In this document: in pieces, positions 1 through 9,890 of the stretch
Layout of the letters: each line of letters starts with the position of its first letter
How positions within the stretch are numbered: position 1 is the stretch's first letter
From: Alphaproteobacteria bacterium
Lineage (GTDB): Bacteria > Pseudomonadota > Alphaproteobacteria > GCA-2731375
Reading direction: 5' to 3'
DNA: 64,000 nucleotides
Assembly: GCA_965232515.1 (NCBI GenBank)
Contig: CBDDPY010000002.1
Location: 3,328,001 to 3,392,000 of the forward strand
Notes under the pieces: model-generated
What the model saw: the letters and a program-made list of their open reading frames with translations, nothing else
The model's database searches: none
What the model was told of the DNA's origin: nothing
Translations under genes and position numbers: made by a program

Positions 1-78
1 GACCGTGTCGCCGAACAGGCTGCCGCGCGCGGACTAACGGAAGAAAAGCTCGCCGAAATCCTCGGCGACGATGCCTAG
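1..78 (+). CDS. Antitoxin of a PIN-type TA module, 3' end only (truncated by window start)
   Basis: Frame 1 reads DRVAEQAAARGLTEEKLAEILGDDA* and overlaps the PIN gene start at 71 by 8 nt, the usual type II TA layout. Not in the ORF track. Confidence 0.65.
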   Translation, partial: DRVAEQAAARGLTEEKLAEILGDDA

Positions 79-487
79 CACGCGCATTGTTGTCGATACC
101 GGAGTCCTGGTCAGCCGGCTGCTCTTGGCCAATTCGCTACCAGCGCAAGCTGTACACAAAGCCATCGAGAATGGCCGACTGCTTGTATCAGAAGCAACAA
201 TGATGGAATTGGCCGACGTTCTCGGCCGCAGCAAATTCGACGCTTACATTTCGTTAGCCGACCGACAGCAATTCATTCGGTTGCTCGGCCGGATCGCCGA
301 ATTCGTAACCATCCTGCGGCCTATCAGGGCTTGCCGCGATCCAAACGATGACAAGTTTCTAGAAGTGGCTGTGAACGGCGAAGCCGATCTTGTCGTCAGC
401 GGTGACCAAGATCTCCTCACGATGCATCCGTTCATGAGCATCCCGATCCTAAGTCCGGCCGACTATCTGAAAACACCGGAGAACTGA
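71..487 (+). CDS. PIN-domain toxin (COG1569/PIN_3-type)
   Basis: VVDTGVLVS, CRDPNDDKFLEVA and VSGDQDLL acidic PIN motifs; 138 aa. Confidence 0.9.
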   Translation: MPSTRIVVDTGVLVSRLLLANSLPAQAVHKAIENGRLLVSEATMMELADVLGRSKFDAYISLADRQQFIRLLGRIAEFVTILRPIRACRDPNDDKFLEVAVNGEADLVVSGDQDLLTMHPFMSIPILSPADYLKTPEN

Positions 488-490
488 TCG

Positions 491-2038
491 CTATGGCCGC
501 ATGTGGAAGGCCGACGGACCTGGGGTGCGGAGGGGGGCGGCGAGGTTGGCGAATTCGCAGAGCAGCGGCCGGGTGTCGCGGGGATCGATAAGTTCCTCGA
601 CCAGGAAAGTTTCGGCCGTGCGGAAGGGTGAGCGGACCTGCTCCATCTGGGCCTGGATCTCGGCCAGCAGCTTGTCGGGGTCGTCGGACGCCTCCAGGTC
701 GGCGCGGTAGGCGGCCTCGATGCCACCCTCCAAGGGTAGCGACCCCCAGTCGCCGGACGGCCAGGCGTAGCGGTATTTCAGCCGTGAGGCGTTCGAGTGC
801 GCGGCGCCGGCGACGCCGAAGACCTTGCGGACGATCACCGAGCACCAGGGCACGGTCGCCTGGTAGACGGCGGCCAGCGCCCGGGCGCCATGCCGGATGG
901 TGGCCGCCTTCTCGCCGGCGACGCCGATGACGAAACCGGGATTGTCGACCAGATGCACGACCGGCAGGTGGAAGGTCTCGGCGAGATCGATGAACCGCGT
1001 CGCCTTGTGCGAGGCCTCGGCCGTCCAACCGGCGGCGAAATGGTAGGGGTCGCCCGCCAGCACTGCGACGGGCCAGCCGTCGAGCCTGGCGAGGCCGGTG
1101 ATCAACGGCCGGCCATAGAGCTTGCCGATCTCGAAAAACGAGCCCTGATCAACCACCGCGTCGATGATGCGCCGCATCTTGTAGGGCTTGCGCCGGTCCC
1201 GCGGCACCGCTTCGATCAGCCAGTCTTCGCGCCGGCCGGCATCGTCGGTCACTTCGCCACGTAGTGCGACCTCGTGCACGGATTGCGGCAGATAGGACAG
1301 GAACCGGCGGGTGCGCTCGAAGGCTTCTTCCTCGCTGTCGACCACATCGTCGATGGCACCGTTGCGGGCATGGATGTGGGCGCCCCCGAGTTCTTCCTTC
1401 GTCACAGGTTCGCCGAGCCGCGCCACCACCGGCGGACCGGCGACAAAGACCTGCGAGATGTCCTTGACCATCAGGGAATAGTGGCTGGTGACGGCGCGGG
1501 CGGCGCCCAGGCCGGCGACCGAGCCGAGCGCCAGCGCCACGACCGGAACCGTGCCCATGTTGGCGACGACCCAGTCCCAGCCTGGATTGGCCGGCACGTA
1601 GGTATAGCCGTCCATCAGCAGCGACTTCACCGAACCGCCGCCGCCGGTGCCGTCGACCAGACGCACGATGGGCAGGCGCAGCTCGTTCGCCATCTGCTCG
1701 GCGATGACCTGTTTTTCCCAGATCGAGGCGTCGGCCGCGCCGCCGCGCACGGTGAAATCATCGCCGCCGACCACGACCGGCCGGCCGTCGATCCTGCCGC
1801 GGCCACAGACGAAATTGCTCGGCTGCAGATCGACCAGGTTGCCCTCGGCGTCGTATTCGGCCCGGCCGGCGACAGCGCCGACCTCGTGGAACGAGCCGGC
1901 ATCGAGCAGCCGGTCGATGCGCTCGCGCACCGTTAGCTTGCCGCCGTCGTGCTGGCGCTTGACCTTCTCCGGCCCGCCCATGCGGCGGGCCAGCGCCTCG
2001 CGCCGGCGCAGCTCCTCGATCTCCTTTTCCCAGCTCAT
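491..2038 (-). CDS. Acyl-CoA carboxylase carboxyltransferase (beta) subunit
   Basis: GKLTVRERIDRLLD, DFTVRGG, VFVAGPPVV, EELGG..IH, DNPGFVIG, IDPRDTR motifs. Confidence 0.9.
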   Translation of the reverse strand: MSWEKEIEELRRREALARRMGGPEKVKRQHDGGKLTVRERIDRLLDAGSFHEVGAVAGRAEYDAEGNLVDLQPSNFVCGRGRIDGRPVVVGGDDFTVRGGAADASIWEKQVIAEQMANELRLPIVRLVDGTGGGGSVKSLLMDGYTYVPANPGWDWVVANMGTVPVVALALGSVAGLGAARAVTSHYSLMVKDISQVFVAGPPVVARLGEPVTKEELGGAHIHARNGAIDDVVDSEEEAFERTRRFLSYLPQSVHEVALRGEVTDDAGRREDWLIEAVPRDRRKPYKMRRIIDAVVDQGSFFEIGKLYGRPLITGLARLDGWPVAVLAGDPYHFAAGWTAEASHKATRFIDLAETFHLPVVHLVDNPGFVIGVAGEKAATIRHGARALAAVYQATVPWCSVIVRKVFGVAGAAHSNASRLKYRYAWPSGDWGSLPLEGGIEAAYRADLEASDDPDKLLAEIQAQMEQVRSPFRTAETFLVEELIDPRDTRPLLCEFANLAAPLRTPGPSAFHMRP

Positions 2039-2075
2039 GCCACGCCCCTCCCCGACCGCCGCAAAATTGTTGTCG

Positions 2076-3305
2076 TTATTCGGCCGCCGTCTTCGCGGCC
2101 TCGCGTTCGGCCAGCTTCAGATAGCCGTCGCGGGTCTGCGGCAGCTTGCGGTCGAGGATGCGGCCGGCGACCATGGTGCGCAGCACCTGCGCCGTACCGC
2201 CGCCGATGGTGAACATGCGCGCGTCGCGCACCATGCGCTCGACGGCGTTGTTCCGCGAATAGCCGGCGGCGCCGAAAATCTGCAGCGCGTTGTTGCTGAT
2301 CTCGATGGCCGACTCGGACGCGAAGATCTTCGCCTGGGCGGCCTGCAGCGGATCCGGGAACCCGTCGACGGAACTGCTGGCCGCCTTGTGGATCAGGGCC
2401 CGGCCGGCGGCGAGCTTGGTGCTCATGTCGGCCAACATCCATTGCAGGCCTTGGAATTCGCAGATCGGCCGGCCGAACTGCTCGCGCCGCTTGGCATAGT
2501 CGAGGGCGATCTCGTAGGCGCCCTGGGCCAGGCCAAGCGCCACGGTCGCGGCGCCGACCCGCTGGCCGTTATAGGCCGTCATCAGGTCGGCGAAGCCCTT
2601 CTTCAGGCCGCGCGGCGGCAGCACCAGCATCGATGGTGGCAGCTCCATGTCCTCGAAGAACACCTGCGCTTCCGGGATGCCGCGCAGGCCCATGGTCGGC
2701 TCGCGATCGCCGATCCGGAGCCCCTCGGTCTCGTCGCGCACGGCGATGAAGCCGCCGATGCCCTCTTCCTCGCCATTCTCGTCGAACACGCGGGCGAAGA
2801 TCAGGTGCAGCCGCGAGACGCCGCCGCCGGTGATCCAATGCTTGGCGCCGTTCAGGACATAGCGGTTGCCGCGCTTGTCGGCCCGCGTGGTCATTTCCGT
2901 TGCCGCGCTGCCGGCTTCCGGCTCGGTGATGCAGATCGCCGGCTTGTCGCCGGCCAGCACCAGGTCGGCCGCCAGCCGCTTCTGCTCCTCGCTGCCATAG
3001 GCCATAACTGCGCCGATGGCGCCCATATTGGCCTCGACGGCGATGCGGCCCGAAACGCCGCAGACTTTCGCCATCTCCTCAATCACCAGCACCGAATCCA
3101 GATAATCGAGGCCGGGGCCGCCATAGGCCTCGGGTATCGTCATGCCGAAGAAACCGGCCTCGTTCAGCGCCTTGACGTTGTCCCAGGGGTATTGCTCGCT
3201 GCGGTCGACATCGGCCGCCCGCCCGGCGATCTCACCCTGCGCCAGTTCGCGCGCCCGGGCCTGGATTTTCTGGCGCTCGGGGCTGAGTTGGAAGTCCATC
3301 GGCAT
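2076..3305 (-). CDS. acd: Acyl-CoA dehydrogenase-fold protein, 3-sulfinopropionyl-CoA desulfinase-like
   Basis: EQYPWDNV, GRI, LVLAGDKPAICITEPEAGSAA, WITGGGVSRLHLIFARV, RDARMFTIGGGTAQ and C-terminal KLPQTRDGYL match my recollection of the Advenella desulfinase Acd. Start trimmed to MPMDFQ. Confidence 0.82.
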   Translation of the reverse strand: MPMDFQLSPERQKIQARARELAQGEIAGRAADVDRSEQYPWDNVKALNEAGFFGMTIPEAYGGPGLDYLDSVLVIEEMAKVCGVSGRIAVEANMGAIGAVMAYGSEEQKRLAADLVLAGDKPAICITEPEAGSAATEMTTRADKRGNRYVLNGAKHWITGGGVSRLHLIFARVFDENGEEEGIGGFIAVRDETEGLRIGDREPTMGLRGIPEAQVFFEDMELPPSMLVLPPRGLKKGFADLMTAYNGQRVGAATVALGLAQGAYEIALDYAKRREQFGRPICEFQGLQWMLADMSTKLAAGRALIHKAASSSVDGFPDPLQAAQAKIFASESAIEISNNALQIFGAAGYSRNNAVERMVRDARMFTIGGGTAQVLRTMVAGRILDRKLPQTRDGYLKLAEREAAKTAAE

Positions 3306-3451
3306 GTTTCCCATTCTGTCCGGTGTGCGGGTGAGAGTATGTTGCGACGCCGGGCCAAGACAAGGTGGGCCCGACGCAGGTGGCCGGGACATTCTACGGC
3401 GAAATGGCTTAAGTTCGAGCCTTGGCGTATGGCATACGGGAGGAAGCTTGC

Positions 3452-4840
3452 ATGCTGACGGACGTTCGGGGCCTGGAGGTGACGGCCGACAACGAGGCCG
3501 CGGTGGGCCATCTCGACGACACGATTACGCACTATGCCGGCTTCAAACTCGATACCGGGGCGCACCTGAAGCAGGCGCTGACCGCCGATCCCGACATGGC
3601 CATGGGCCTGATCGTTCGCGGCTACTTCATGAAGCTGTTCGCCATGCCGGCGCTGGAAGTGAAGGCGCGGCAGAGCCTGGAGAAGGCGGAAGCGTCGATC
3701 GAGAGCCGCGGCGGCAGCGAGCGGGAACGCCGGCACGCCCGCGCGCTACGCGCCTGGTGCGACGGCGACGAGCGGTTGGCGACGGCGGTCTGGGAGGAGC
3801 TGCTGCTGCACGATCCGCTCGACCTGATGGCCCTCAAGCTCGCCCACTACACGCACTTCTATTTCGGCGACAGCCGCAACATGCGGGATTCCGTCGCCCG
3901 GACCTCCTGGGCCTGGACGCCCGACACGCCGGGCTACGGCTTCGTCCAGGGCATGTACGCTTTCGGCCTGGAAGAAGCCGGCAACTACGCCGATGCGGAA
4001 GCCGCCGGCCGGCGCGCGGTCGAGATCAACCCGGCCGACGTCTGGGCCGCGCATGCGGTGGCGCACGTGATGGAGATGCAGGGCCGGCACCGGGAGGGCA
4101 TCGCCTGGATTGACGGCTTGGCCGACAACTGGAATGACGTGCACAACTTCGTCTTCCACGTCTGGTGGCACAAGTGCCTCTATCACCTGGAGCTTGGTCA
4201 ATACGACGCGGTGCTCGCGCTCTATGACAACAAGGTCCGCGCGGAATCGACCGACGACCTGCTCGATATCAGCAACGGCGCCGCTATGCTCTGGCGCCTC
4301 GAAGATGCCGGCATCGATGTCGGCGACCGCTGGACCGAGCTTGCCGACCGGGCGGCGACGCATGTCGACGACCATCTGCTGTTCTTCGCCGATGCGCACT
4401 ATTTCCTGGCGCTGGCTGCCGCCGGCCGCGACGACGAGGCCGCGGCGATGCTGGCCTCACTGAAGGCCGCGGCGGACCAGGCCGGAACCGACCAGGAGCA
4501 AGTCATTGCCGATGTCGGCGTGCCGCTGTGCGAGGGTATCGCGGCGTTGCGCCGCGCCGACTACGGCCGCGCCTGCGACCTGCTGCTACCGCTGCGCTAC
4601 CGGCTCGATCCGGTCGGCGGCAGCCACGCCCAGCGCGACCTGTTTCAGCAGATGCTGATCCAGGCGGCCCTGCGCGGCGGGCGTCTGGAACTGGCGCGTA
4701 CGCTGCTGGCGGAACGCACGGCGCTGAAGCCCAACAGCCCACCAGCTTGGCGCAACTACGCCGCTGCGCTCGACGGCTTGGGCGACGCCGCCGGCGCGGC
4801 CAACGCCCGCGACCGGGCGGACTCGCTGCTGGCGGCCTGA
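3452..4840 (+). CDS. TTC38-like tetratricopeptide repeat protein
   Basis: GMYAFGLEE, DVWAAHAVAHVMEM, HVWWH, GGSHAQRD motifs; SD GGGAGG before ATG at 3452. Confidence 0.85.
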   Translation: MLTDVRGLEVTADNEAAVGHLDDTITHYAGFKLDTGAHLKQALTADPDMAMGLIVRGYFMKLFAMPALEVKARQSLEKAEASIESRGGSERERRHARALRAWCDGDERLATAVWEELLLHDPLDLMALKLAHYTHFYFGDSRNMRDSVARTSWAWTPDTPGYGFVQGMYAFGLEEAGNYADAEAAGRRAVEINPADVWAAHAVAHVMEMQGRHREGIAWIDGLADNWNDVHNFVFHVWWHKCLYHLELGQYDAVLALYDNKVRAESTDDLLDISNGAAMLWRLEDAGIDVGDRWTELADRAATHVDDHLLFFADAHYFLALAAAGRDDEAAAMLASLKAAADQAGTDQEQVIADVGVPLCEGIAALRRADYGRACDLLLPLRYRLDPVGGSHAQRDLFQQMLIQAALRGGRLELARTLLAERTALKPNSPPAWRNYAAALDGLGDAAGAANARDRADSLLAA

Positions 4841-4845
4841 GCGCC

Positions 4846-5079
4846 ATGGCCTCGGGACCACGCTACCGGGACGTGATCCTCGGCAACAACCTGGCCGAGA
4901 CCCAGGCGCTGAACAGTCCCGAGCGGCACGCCGGCGAGGACGCCAAGGCGGCCGTGGCGCGGGCCAACGACCTGGCGCGGATGGCGGCCAACCGGCGCCG
5001 GTTCCGCATCGCGGTCCTCGGACTGATTGCGGCGATCGCGCTGATCGGCCTCGTGGTGCGGTTGCTCGAAGCTGGTTAG
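4846..5079 (+). CDS. Small hypothetical membrane protein (77 aa, C-terminal TM helix)
   Basis: ATG 5 nt after the TPR gene stop; RRRFR followed by a hydrophobic helix; fills the gap to soeC. Confidence 0.6.
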   Translation: MASGPRYRDVILGNNLAETQALNSPERHAGEDAKAAVARANDLARMAANRRRFRIAVLGLIAAIALIGLVVRLLEAG

Positions 5080-6023
5080 ACCGCGGCTTCGCCGTAGTAG
5101 AGCTGCACCACGTGCTGCGCTTGGGCAAAGAACAGCCAGCGCTCGATGACCACGCCCAGACCGGCCGACAACGCGGCGAGCACGGCCAGCACGTTGGCGA
5201 CGGGCGGCGTCAGCAGCAGCACCAGCATGGTCAACAGCAGCGGCAGGGCGAAGGCGAAGAACAATGTCAGGCTGCGCAGCCGGGACGCGTGCTTGCGGGC
5301 GACGCGATAGCCCATCTCCTGCTGCAGGTAGTTGGCCTCGGTATGGGGCGCGTCGAGCAGGCGCACCCGGCCGAGGCCGCCAAGACCGGTCGCCGTCTCG
5401 GCCGTCGCAACCGGCTCCGCGGCATCGGTCGCGCGCCAATAGGCCGCCTTCAGCAGCCAGGCCAGCAGGATGGCGATGACGGCCAGCAGGTTCATTCCGA
5501 TCAATTCGTGTCCGAACAGCCGCAGCAGGGCGTCGGCCCAGATCGCGCCCGTCATCAGCGCCAGGGCCAGGTAGACCGGCGTCACCAGCGGATGGTGCCA
5601 GCGGGGGATGGCCGCGAGCGAGGCGTAGATCATGCCGGTGCAATAGACCGTCAGCACCGCCCCGATGACGCTCAACAGGCCGCAGAGCGCCCAGAAGCCG
5701 TCGTTGCGCTCAAGAAACACCCAGCCGATGCCGAACAACGCGGCCGGCACATAGGTGACGAGCGCCGCCGCGCCCTCGCGCGACAGCCAGGATGAGCGCC
5801 ACTGCGAAATCGCCCGCCAGGCGCGCTCGGGATGGCCCAGGTGAAAGGTCGAGGACAGCAGGCCGAATGTAATCAGTCCCAGCGCCAGACCCAGGCCGGT
5901 GAAGCCGAGCCAGCGCTCGGCCGGAACCACGCCCAGCGCCGCCGCCACGGCCAGCACCGCCAGCAGGCCGTAGCCCAGGCCAGAGGCCGTCGTGAAGATA
6001 ATGACCGAGAACGCGGGATGCAC
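5076..6023 (-). CDS. soeC: Sulfite dehydrogenase membrane anchor (DmsC/NrfD family)
   Basis: MHPAFSVIIFTTASG, HLGHPERAWRA.SQWRSSWLSRE, ERWLFFA; downstream of soeAB. Confidence 0.88.
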   Translation of the reverse strand: MHPAFSVIIFTTASGLGYGLLAVLAVAAALGVVPAERWLGFTGLGLALGLITFGLLSSTFHLGHPERAWRAISQWRSSWLSREGAAALVTYVPAALFGIGWVFLERNDGFWALCGLLSVIGAVLTVYCTGMIYASLAAIPRWHHPLVTPVYLALALMTGAIWADALLRLFGHELIGMNLLAVIAILLAWLLKAAYWRATDAAEPVATAETATGLGGLGRVRLLDAPHTEANYLQQEMGYRVARKHASRLRSLTLFFAFALPLLLTMLVLLLTPPVANVLAVLAALSAGLGVVIERWLFFAQAQHVVQLYYGEAAV

Positions 6024-6082
6024 GGCGTTACAGCAGCAAACTTGACGAGCTGGACGGACGGATCATAAGCACTACCACCGTC

Positions 6083-6820
6083 CTACCGCGATAACACGCG
6101 GTCAATCCAGCCCAGAAAACCGCCTTCCGGCGCGGGCTCCAGGGCGGTAGGGCCGGAAGTCGGGCCGTCGTCCGCAGTCAGTTGCCGCGGCGGCAGATAC
6201 TTGTTGGTCGGCCGCAGACCCATCTCCGGCATCAGATCGAAGCCGCCGCGGTCCGCCACCAGTTTCGACACATCGGACTGCGGGTCGGCCAGATCGCCGA
6301 AATGCCGGGCCGAGGCGGGACAGGTGGCGACACAGGCCGGCACGCGGTCGACCTCGTCGAAATTCTCGTTGTAGATCCGGTCGATACACAGCGTGCATTT
6401 CTTCATCACGCCCGCGTCGGCGTCATACTCCCGCGCGCCATAAGGGCAGGCCCAGGAGCAGAGCTTGCAGCCGATGCAAAGGTCCTCCTCGACCAGCACG
6501 ATGCCGTCATCGGCCCGCTTGTAGGAGGCGCCGGTCGGACAAACGGTGACGCAGGGCGCGTCGTCGCAATGCAGACAGGATTTCGGAAAGTGCACCGTGC
6601 GGCTGGCCGCGCCCTCGCCCGCCTCGAAGGTGTGAATGCGGTTCAGCCAGACGCCGCTGACGTCGGCCTCGTAGGGTTTCTCGTCCGTCAGCGGGGCCGG
6701 ATAGCCGCCGGTGTTCCATTCCTTGCAGTTCACCGCGCAGGCATGACAGCCGACGCAGGTGTCGAGGTCAATGACGAGACCCAGCTTCTTCGGCGGCGAT
6801 TGTCGCGGCAGGCTGGTCAT
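6083..6820 (-). CDS. soeB: Sulfite dehydrogenase 4Fe-4S subunit
   Basis: GLVIDLDTCVGCHACAVNCKEWN plus three further Cys clusters; ATGA overlap with soeA stop. Confidence 0.9.
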   Translation of the reverse strand: MTSLPRQSPPKKLGLVIDLDTCVGCHACAVNCKEWNTGGYPAPLTDEKPYEADVSGVWLNRIHTFEAGEGAASRTVHFPKSCLHCDDAPCVTVCPTGASYKRADDGIVLVEEDLCIGCKLCSWACPYGAREYDADAGVMKKCTLCIDRIYNENFDEVDRVPACVATCPASARHFGDLADPQSDVSKLVADRGGFDLMPEMGLRPTNKYLPPRQLTADDGPTSGPTALEPAPEGGFLGWIDRVLSR

Positions 6821-9693
6821 GCCGCATCCTCGCCGCGCTTTTGGAAGCTGGCGCCGTAGCGCAGCACCGACGGCCGCTCGGCGGTGCCGGGTGGGCTCGG
6901 CAGCACGTCGAACTGCGGTGCGGCTTCGCCCGCCTCCTTCTCGTCCGCCTTGCGCATCCGCACCCGTAAGTCGTACCAGGCCGCCTGACCGGTCACCGGG
7001 TCGGCGTTGGCGTAGCGATAACCGGATTCGCGCGCTGGCAGCAGATCGTCGATCAGATGGTTCAACAGAAAGCCCTTCTTCGATTCCGGCGCGTCGGCCG
7101 ACAGGTTCCAGGCACCGGCGCGCTTGCCGATGGCGTTCCAGGTCCAGACGGTGTGCGCGTTTACGCCTTCCATCAACCGTGCCTGCGCCTTGATCCGGCC
7201 CTGCCGGCTTTCGAGCCACACCCAGTCGTCGTCATGGATGCCCAAGGCCTCGGCCGCGGCGCGCGGCACGTAGAGCCGGTTCGCGGCATGGATCTGCCGC
7301 AGCCAGGCGTTCTGCGAGCCCCAGGAGTGATACATCGCCATCGGCCGCTGGGTGATCGCGTGCAGCGGATACTCGGATTCGCTCGCCAGCGCGTCATCTT
7401 CGAACGGCGCATACCAGAACGGCAGTGGATCGAAGTACCGCGCCACCCGCGCGCGATGCTGCTCGGGCGGCTGCGATGGCCCGTGGCCCTGGGCGGCAAG
7501 GCGGAAACGCTGCAGCTCCTCGCTGTAAAGCTGTGGAATGATCGGATCGGCATGACCGATCAGGCCCAGCGCCACGGCCTTGTCGAGATAATCCCGGTTG
7601 GCGAACTTGAAATAGCGTTCCGACGGTTCGAACTCGTGCCGCCAGAAGCACTGGTTGTCGATATAGGCCTGGAGCTGGTTCGGATTGACCGCGCCCCGGC
7701 CTTCCTCACCGCCATCGGTGCCGCGCCAGCCGGCGAGCGAGCCGATGCCCGGCGCGCGCTCGTGGTTCGCCATGTAATCGGCATAGCCGCCGGGATAGCG
7801 CGGCGATCCGTCCTCGGTGACCAGCCCCGGCAGCCCGATCCGGGCGCCGAGATCGATCAGCACGTCCTGAAACGGCCGTACGTCCCGGTCCGGCGCCACC
7901 ACCGGTTGCCGGATCGAATCCGAGGCGCCGTCGGCGTCGCAGATCGGCCGGTCCAGCAGCGATATGCAGTCCCAGCGCTCGAGATAGGTCGTGTCGGGCA
8001 GGATCAGGTCGGCATAGGCGACCATTTCGGAGGCATAGGCGTCGGCATAAATGATGCGGGGGATGCGGTAGTTGCCGGTCTCCGGATCCTTGTCGGTCAG
8101 CATGTTGATGGTCTCGGCCGTGTTCATGGCCGAATTCCAGGCCATGTTTGCCATGTACATGAACAGCGTGTCGACCGGATACGGATCGCCCTTCCAGGCG
8201 TCCGTAATGACCATGTGCATCATGCCGTGCACGGCCATTGGCGCTTCCCAGGAAAACGCCCGGTCGATGCGGCGCGGTGTGCCGTCGGCCTCGACCAGCA
8301 AATCGTCCGGCCCGGTCGGGAAACCCAACGGCGGCCCTGGCATCGGCGTGTTCGGCGCCAGCTGATCCGCCTTGCCAGTCGGCTTCAACGGTGGCGGGAT
8401 CGGCTTCGGATAGGGCGCCTTGTAGCGGAAGCCGCCCGGCACATCGACGCTGCCCAGCAGCAGTTGCAGCAGATGCAGCATGCGGCAGGTATGGAAGCCG
8501 TTCGAATGGGCCGAGATGCCGCGCATGGCGTGCATCGCCACCGGCCGGCCGATCATCTTCTCGTGCCGGCGGCCAGCCCAGTCGGTCCAGGGCACGTCCA
8601 GCACGACCTGCTCTTCGAAGGCGGCGTGCGCCAGCTCGGCGGCGATGCGACGGATCGTATCGGCGTCGACACCCGTGCGCTCGGCCACCACCCCCGGCGC
8701 ATAGGCCGGATCGAGGTAGCGCTCGGCCAGAAGCTGGAACGACGGCACGGCAACGCGGCCGTCGGGCAACGTGAACTGGCCCTTCATCGCCGGACTGACA
8801 TCGGCCTCCAGCGCGTTCACTGCCGCGTCTTTCGTCACGTCCCAGCACAACGGATTGCCGTCGTCGTCGCGCGCAAACAGGCCGTCGTCGGCTTCGCCCG
8901 GATTGCGCACCACCAGCCAGGGCGCGTTGGTGTAGCGCACGAGGTATTCGAGATCGACCTTGCCGGCGCGTAGCAGCTCGTGCATCAGCGCACCGACGAA
9001 CAGGCCGTCGGTGCCCGGCGTAATGCCGATCCATTCGTCGGCGACGGCCGAATAGCCGGTCTTCACCGGATTGATCGAGACGAACTTGGCGCCGCGTTCC
9101 TTCAGCCGCGACAGACCGATCTTGATCGGGTTGCTGTCATGGTCCTCGGCGACGCCGAACATCAGGAACAGGCGCGCGTGCTCCCAGTCGGGCTCGCCGA
9201 ACTCCCAGAACGAGCCGCCGATGGTGTAGAGGCCGGCAGCCGCCATGTTGACCGAGCAGAAGCCGCCGTGCGCCGCGTAATTCGGCGTGCCGAACTGGCT
9301 CGCCCACCAGCCGGTCAGCGCCTGGCTTTGGTCGCGGCCTGTGAAGAACGCGAGCTTGCGCGGATCGCTGCCGCGGATCTCGCCGAGCCAACCGGCGGCA
9401 AGACCGAGCGCTTCGTCCCATTCGATCTCTGCGAACGCGCCCTCGCCGCGCGGACCCACCCGCTTCAGCGGCTTCGTCAGCCGCGCCGGCGAATAGTGCT
9501 GCATGATGCCGGCCGAGCCCTTGGCGCAGAGCACGCCCTTGTTCACGGGATGGTCGCGGTTACCCTCGATATAGCGGATGCCGCCGTCTTTCAGGTGCAC
9601 CTTGATGCCGCAACGGCAGGCGCACATGTAGCAGGTGGTGTACTTCACCTCGTCCGACACGGTCGGCGACGTGTCCAACCCGCGTTCACTCAT
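6817..9693 (-). CDS. soeA: Sulfite dehydrogenase molybdopterin subunit (cytoplasmic, no Tat signal)
   Basis: TTCYMCACRCGI, FFTGRDQSQ, AHGGFCSVNMAA, HAMRGISAHSNGF, DPVTGQAAWYDL. Start trimmed to MSERGLDTSP. Confidence 0.9.
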   Translation of the reverse strand: MSERGLDTSPTVSDEVKYTTCYMCACRCGIKVHLKDGGIRYIEGNRDHPVNKGVLCAKGSAGIMQHYSPARLTKPLKRVGPRGEGAFAEIEWDEALGLAAGWLGEIRGSDPRKLAFFTGRDQSQALTGWWASQFGTPNYAAHGGFCSVNMAAAGLYTIGGSFWEFGEPDWEHARLFLMFGVAEDHDSNPIKIGLSRLKERGAKFVSINPVKTGYSAVADEWIGITPGTDGLFVGALMHELLRAGKVDLEYLVRYTNAPWLVVRNPGEADDGLFARDDDGNPLCWDVTKDAAVNALEADVSPAMKGQFTLPDGRVAVPSFQLLAERYLDPAYAPGVVAERTGVDADTIRRIAAELAHAAFEEQVVLDVPWTDWAGRRHEKMIGRPVAMHAMRGISAHSNGFHTCRMLHLLQLLLGSVDVPGGFRYKAPYPKPIPPPLKPTGKADQLAPNTPMPGPPLGFPTGPDDLLVEADGTPRRIDRAFSWEAPMAVHGMMHMVITDAWKGDPYPVDTLFMYMANMAWNSAMNTAETINMLTDKDPETGNYRIPRIIYADAYASEMVAYADLILPDTTYLERWDCISLLDRPICDADGASDSIRQPVVAPDRDVRPFQDVLIDLGARIGLPGLVTEDGSPRYPGGYADYMANHERAPGIGSLAGWRGTDGGEEGRGAVNPNQLQAYIDNQCFWRHEFEPSERYFKFANRDYLDKAVALGLIGHADPIIPQLYSEELQRFRLAAQGHGPSQPPEQHRARVARYFDPLPFWYAPFEDDALASESEYPLHAITQRPMAMYHSWGSQNAWLRQIHAANRLYVPRAAAEALGIHDDDWVWLESRQGRIKAQARLMEGVNAHTVWTWNAIGKRAGAWNLSADAPESKKGFLLNHLIDDLLPARESGYRYANADPVTGQAAWYDLRVRMRKADEKEAGEAAPQFDVLPSPPGTAERPSVLRYGASFQKRGEDAA

Positions 9694-9890
9694 CCGGCCT
9701 CTCCCGATCCCGCCACCCGTGCTTTCCGGTCCGGACGGCGGCGCGATCATAGGGTGTTCGGCCCCGCTCCGGCAACGTGCATGCGACACGGTGTAGCATG
9801 CACGCGCCACTGCCGACGCCGCGACGCTGTGATAGCTTCGTTGGTGGGATACACATTCCGGAACGATCGATCTCTGAGAGAGCTTCAGGC

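Noticed and set aside
1-487. PIN TA pair as a novel defence system
   Set aside because: Ordinary COG1569-type module and truncated by the window; nothing unusual visible.
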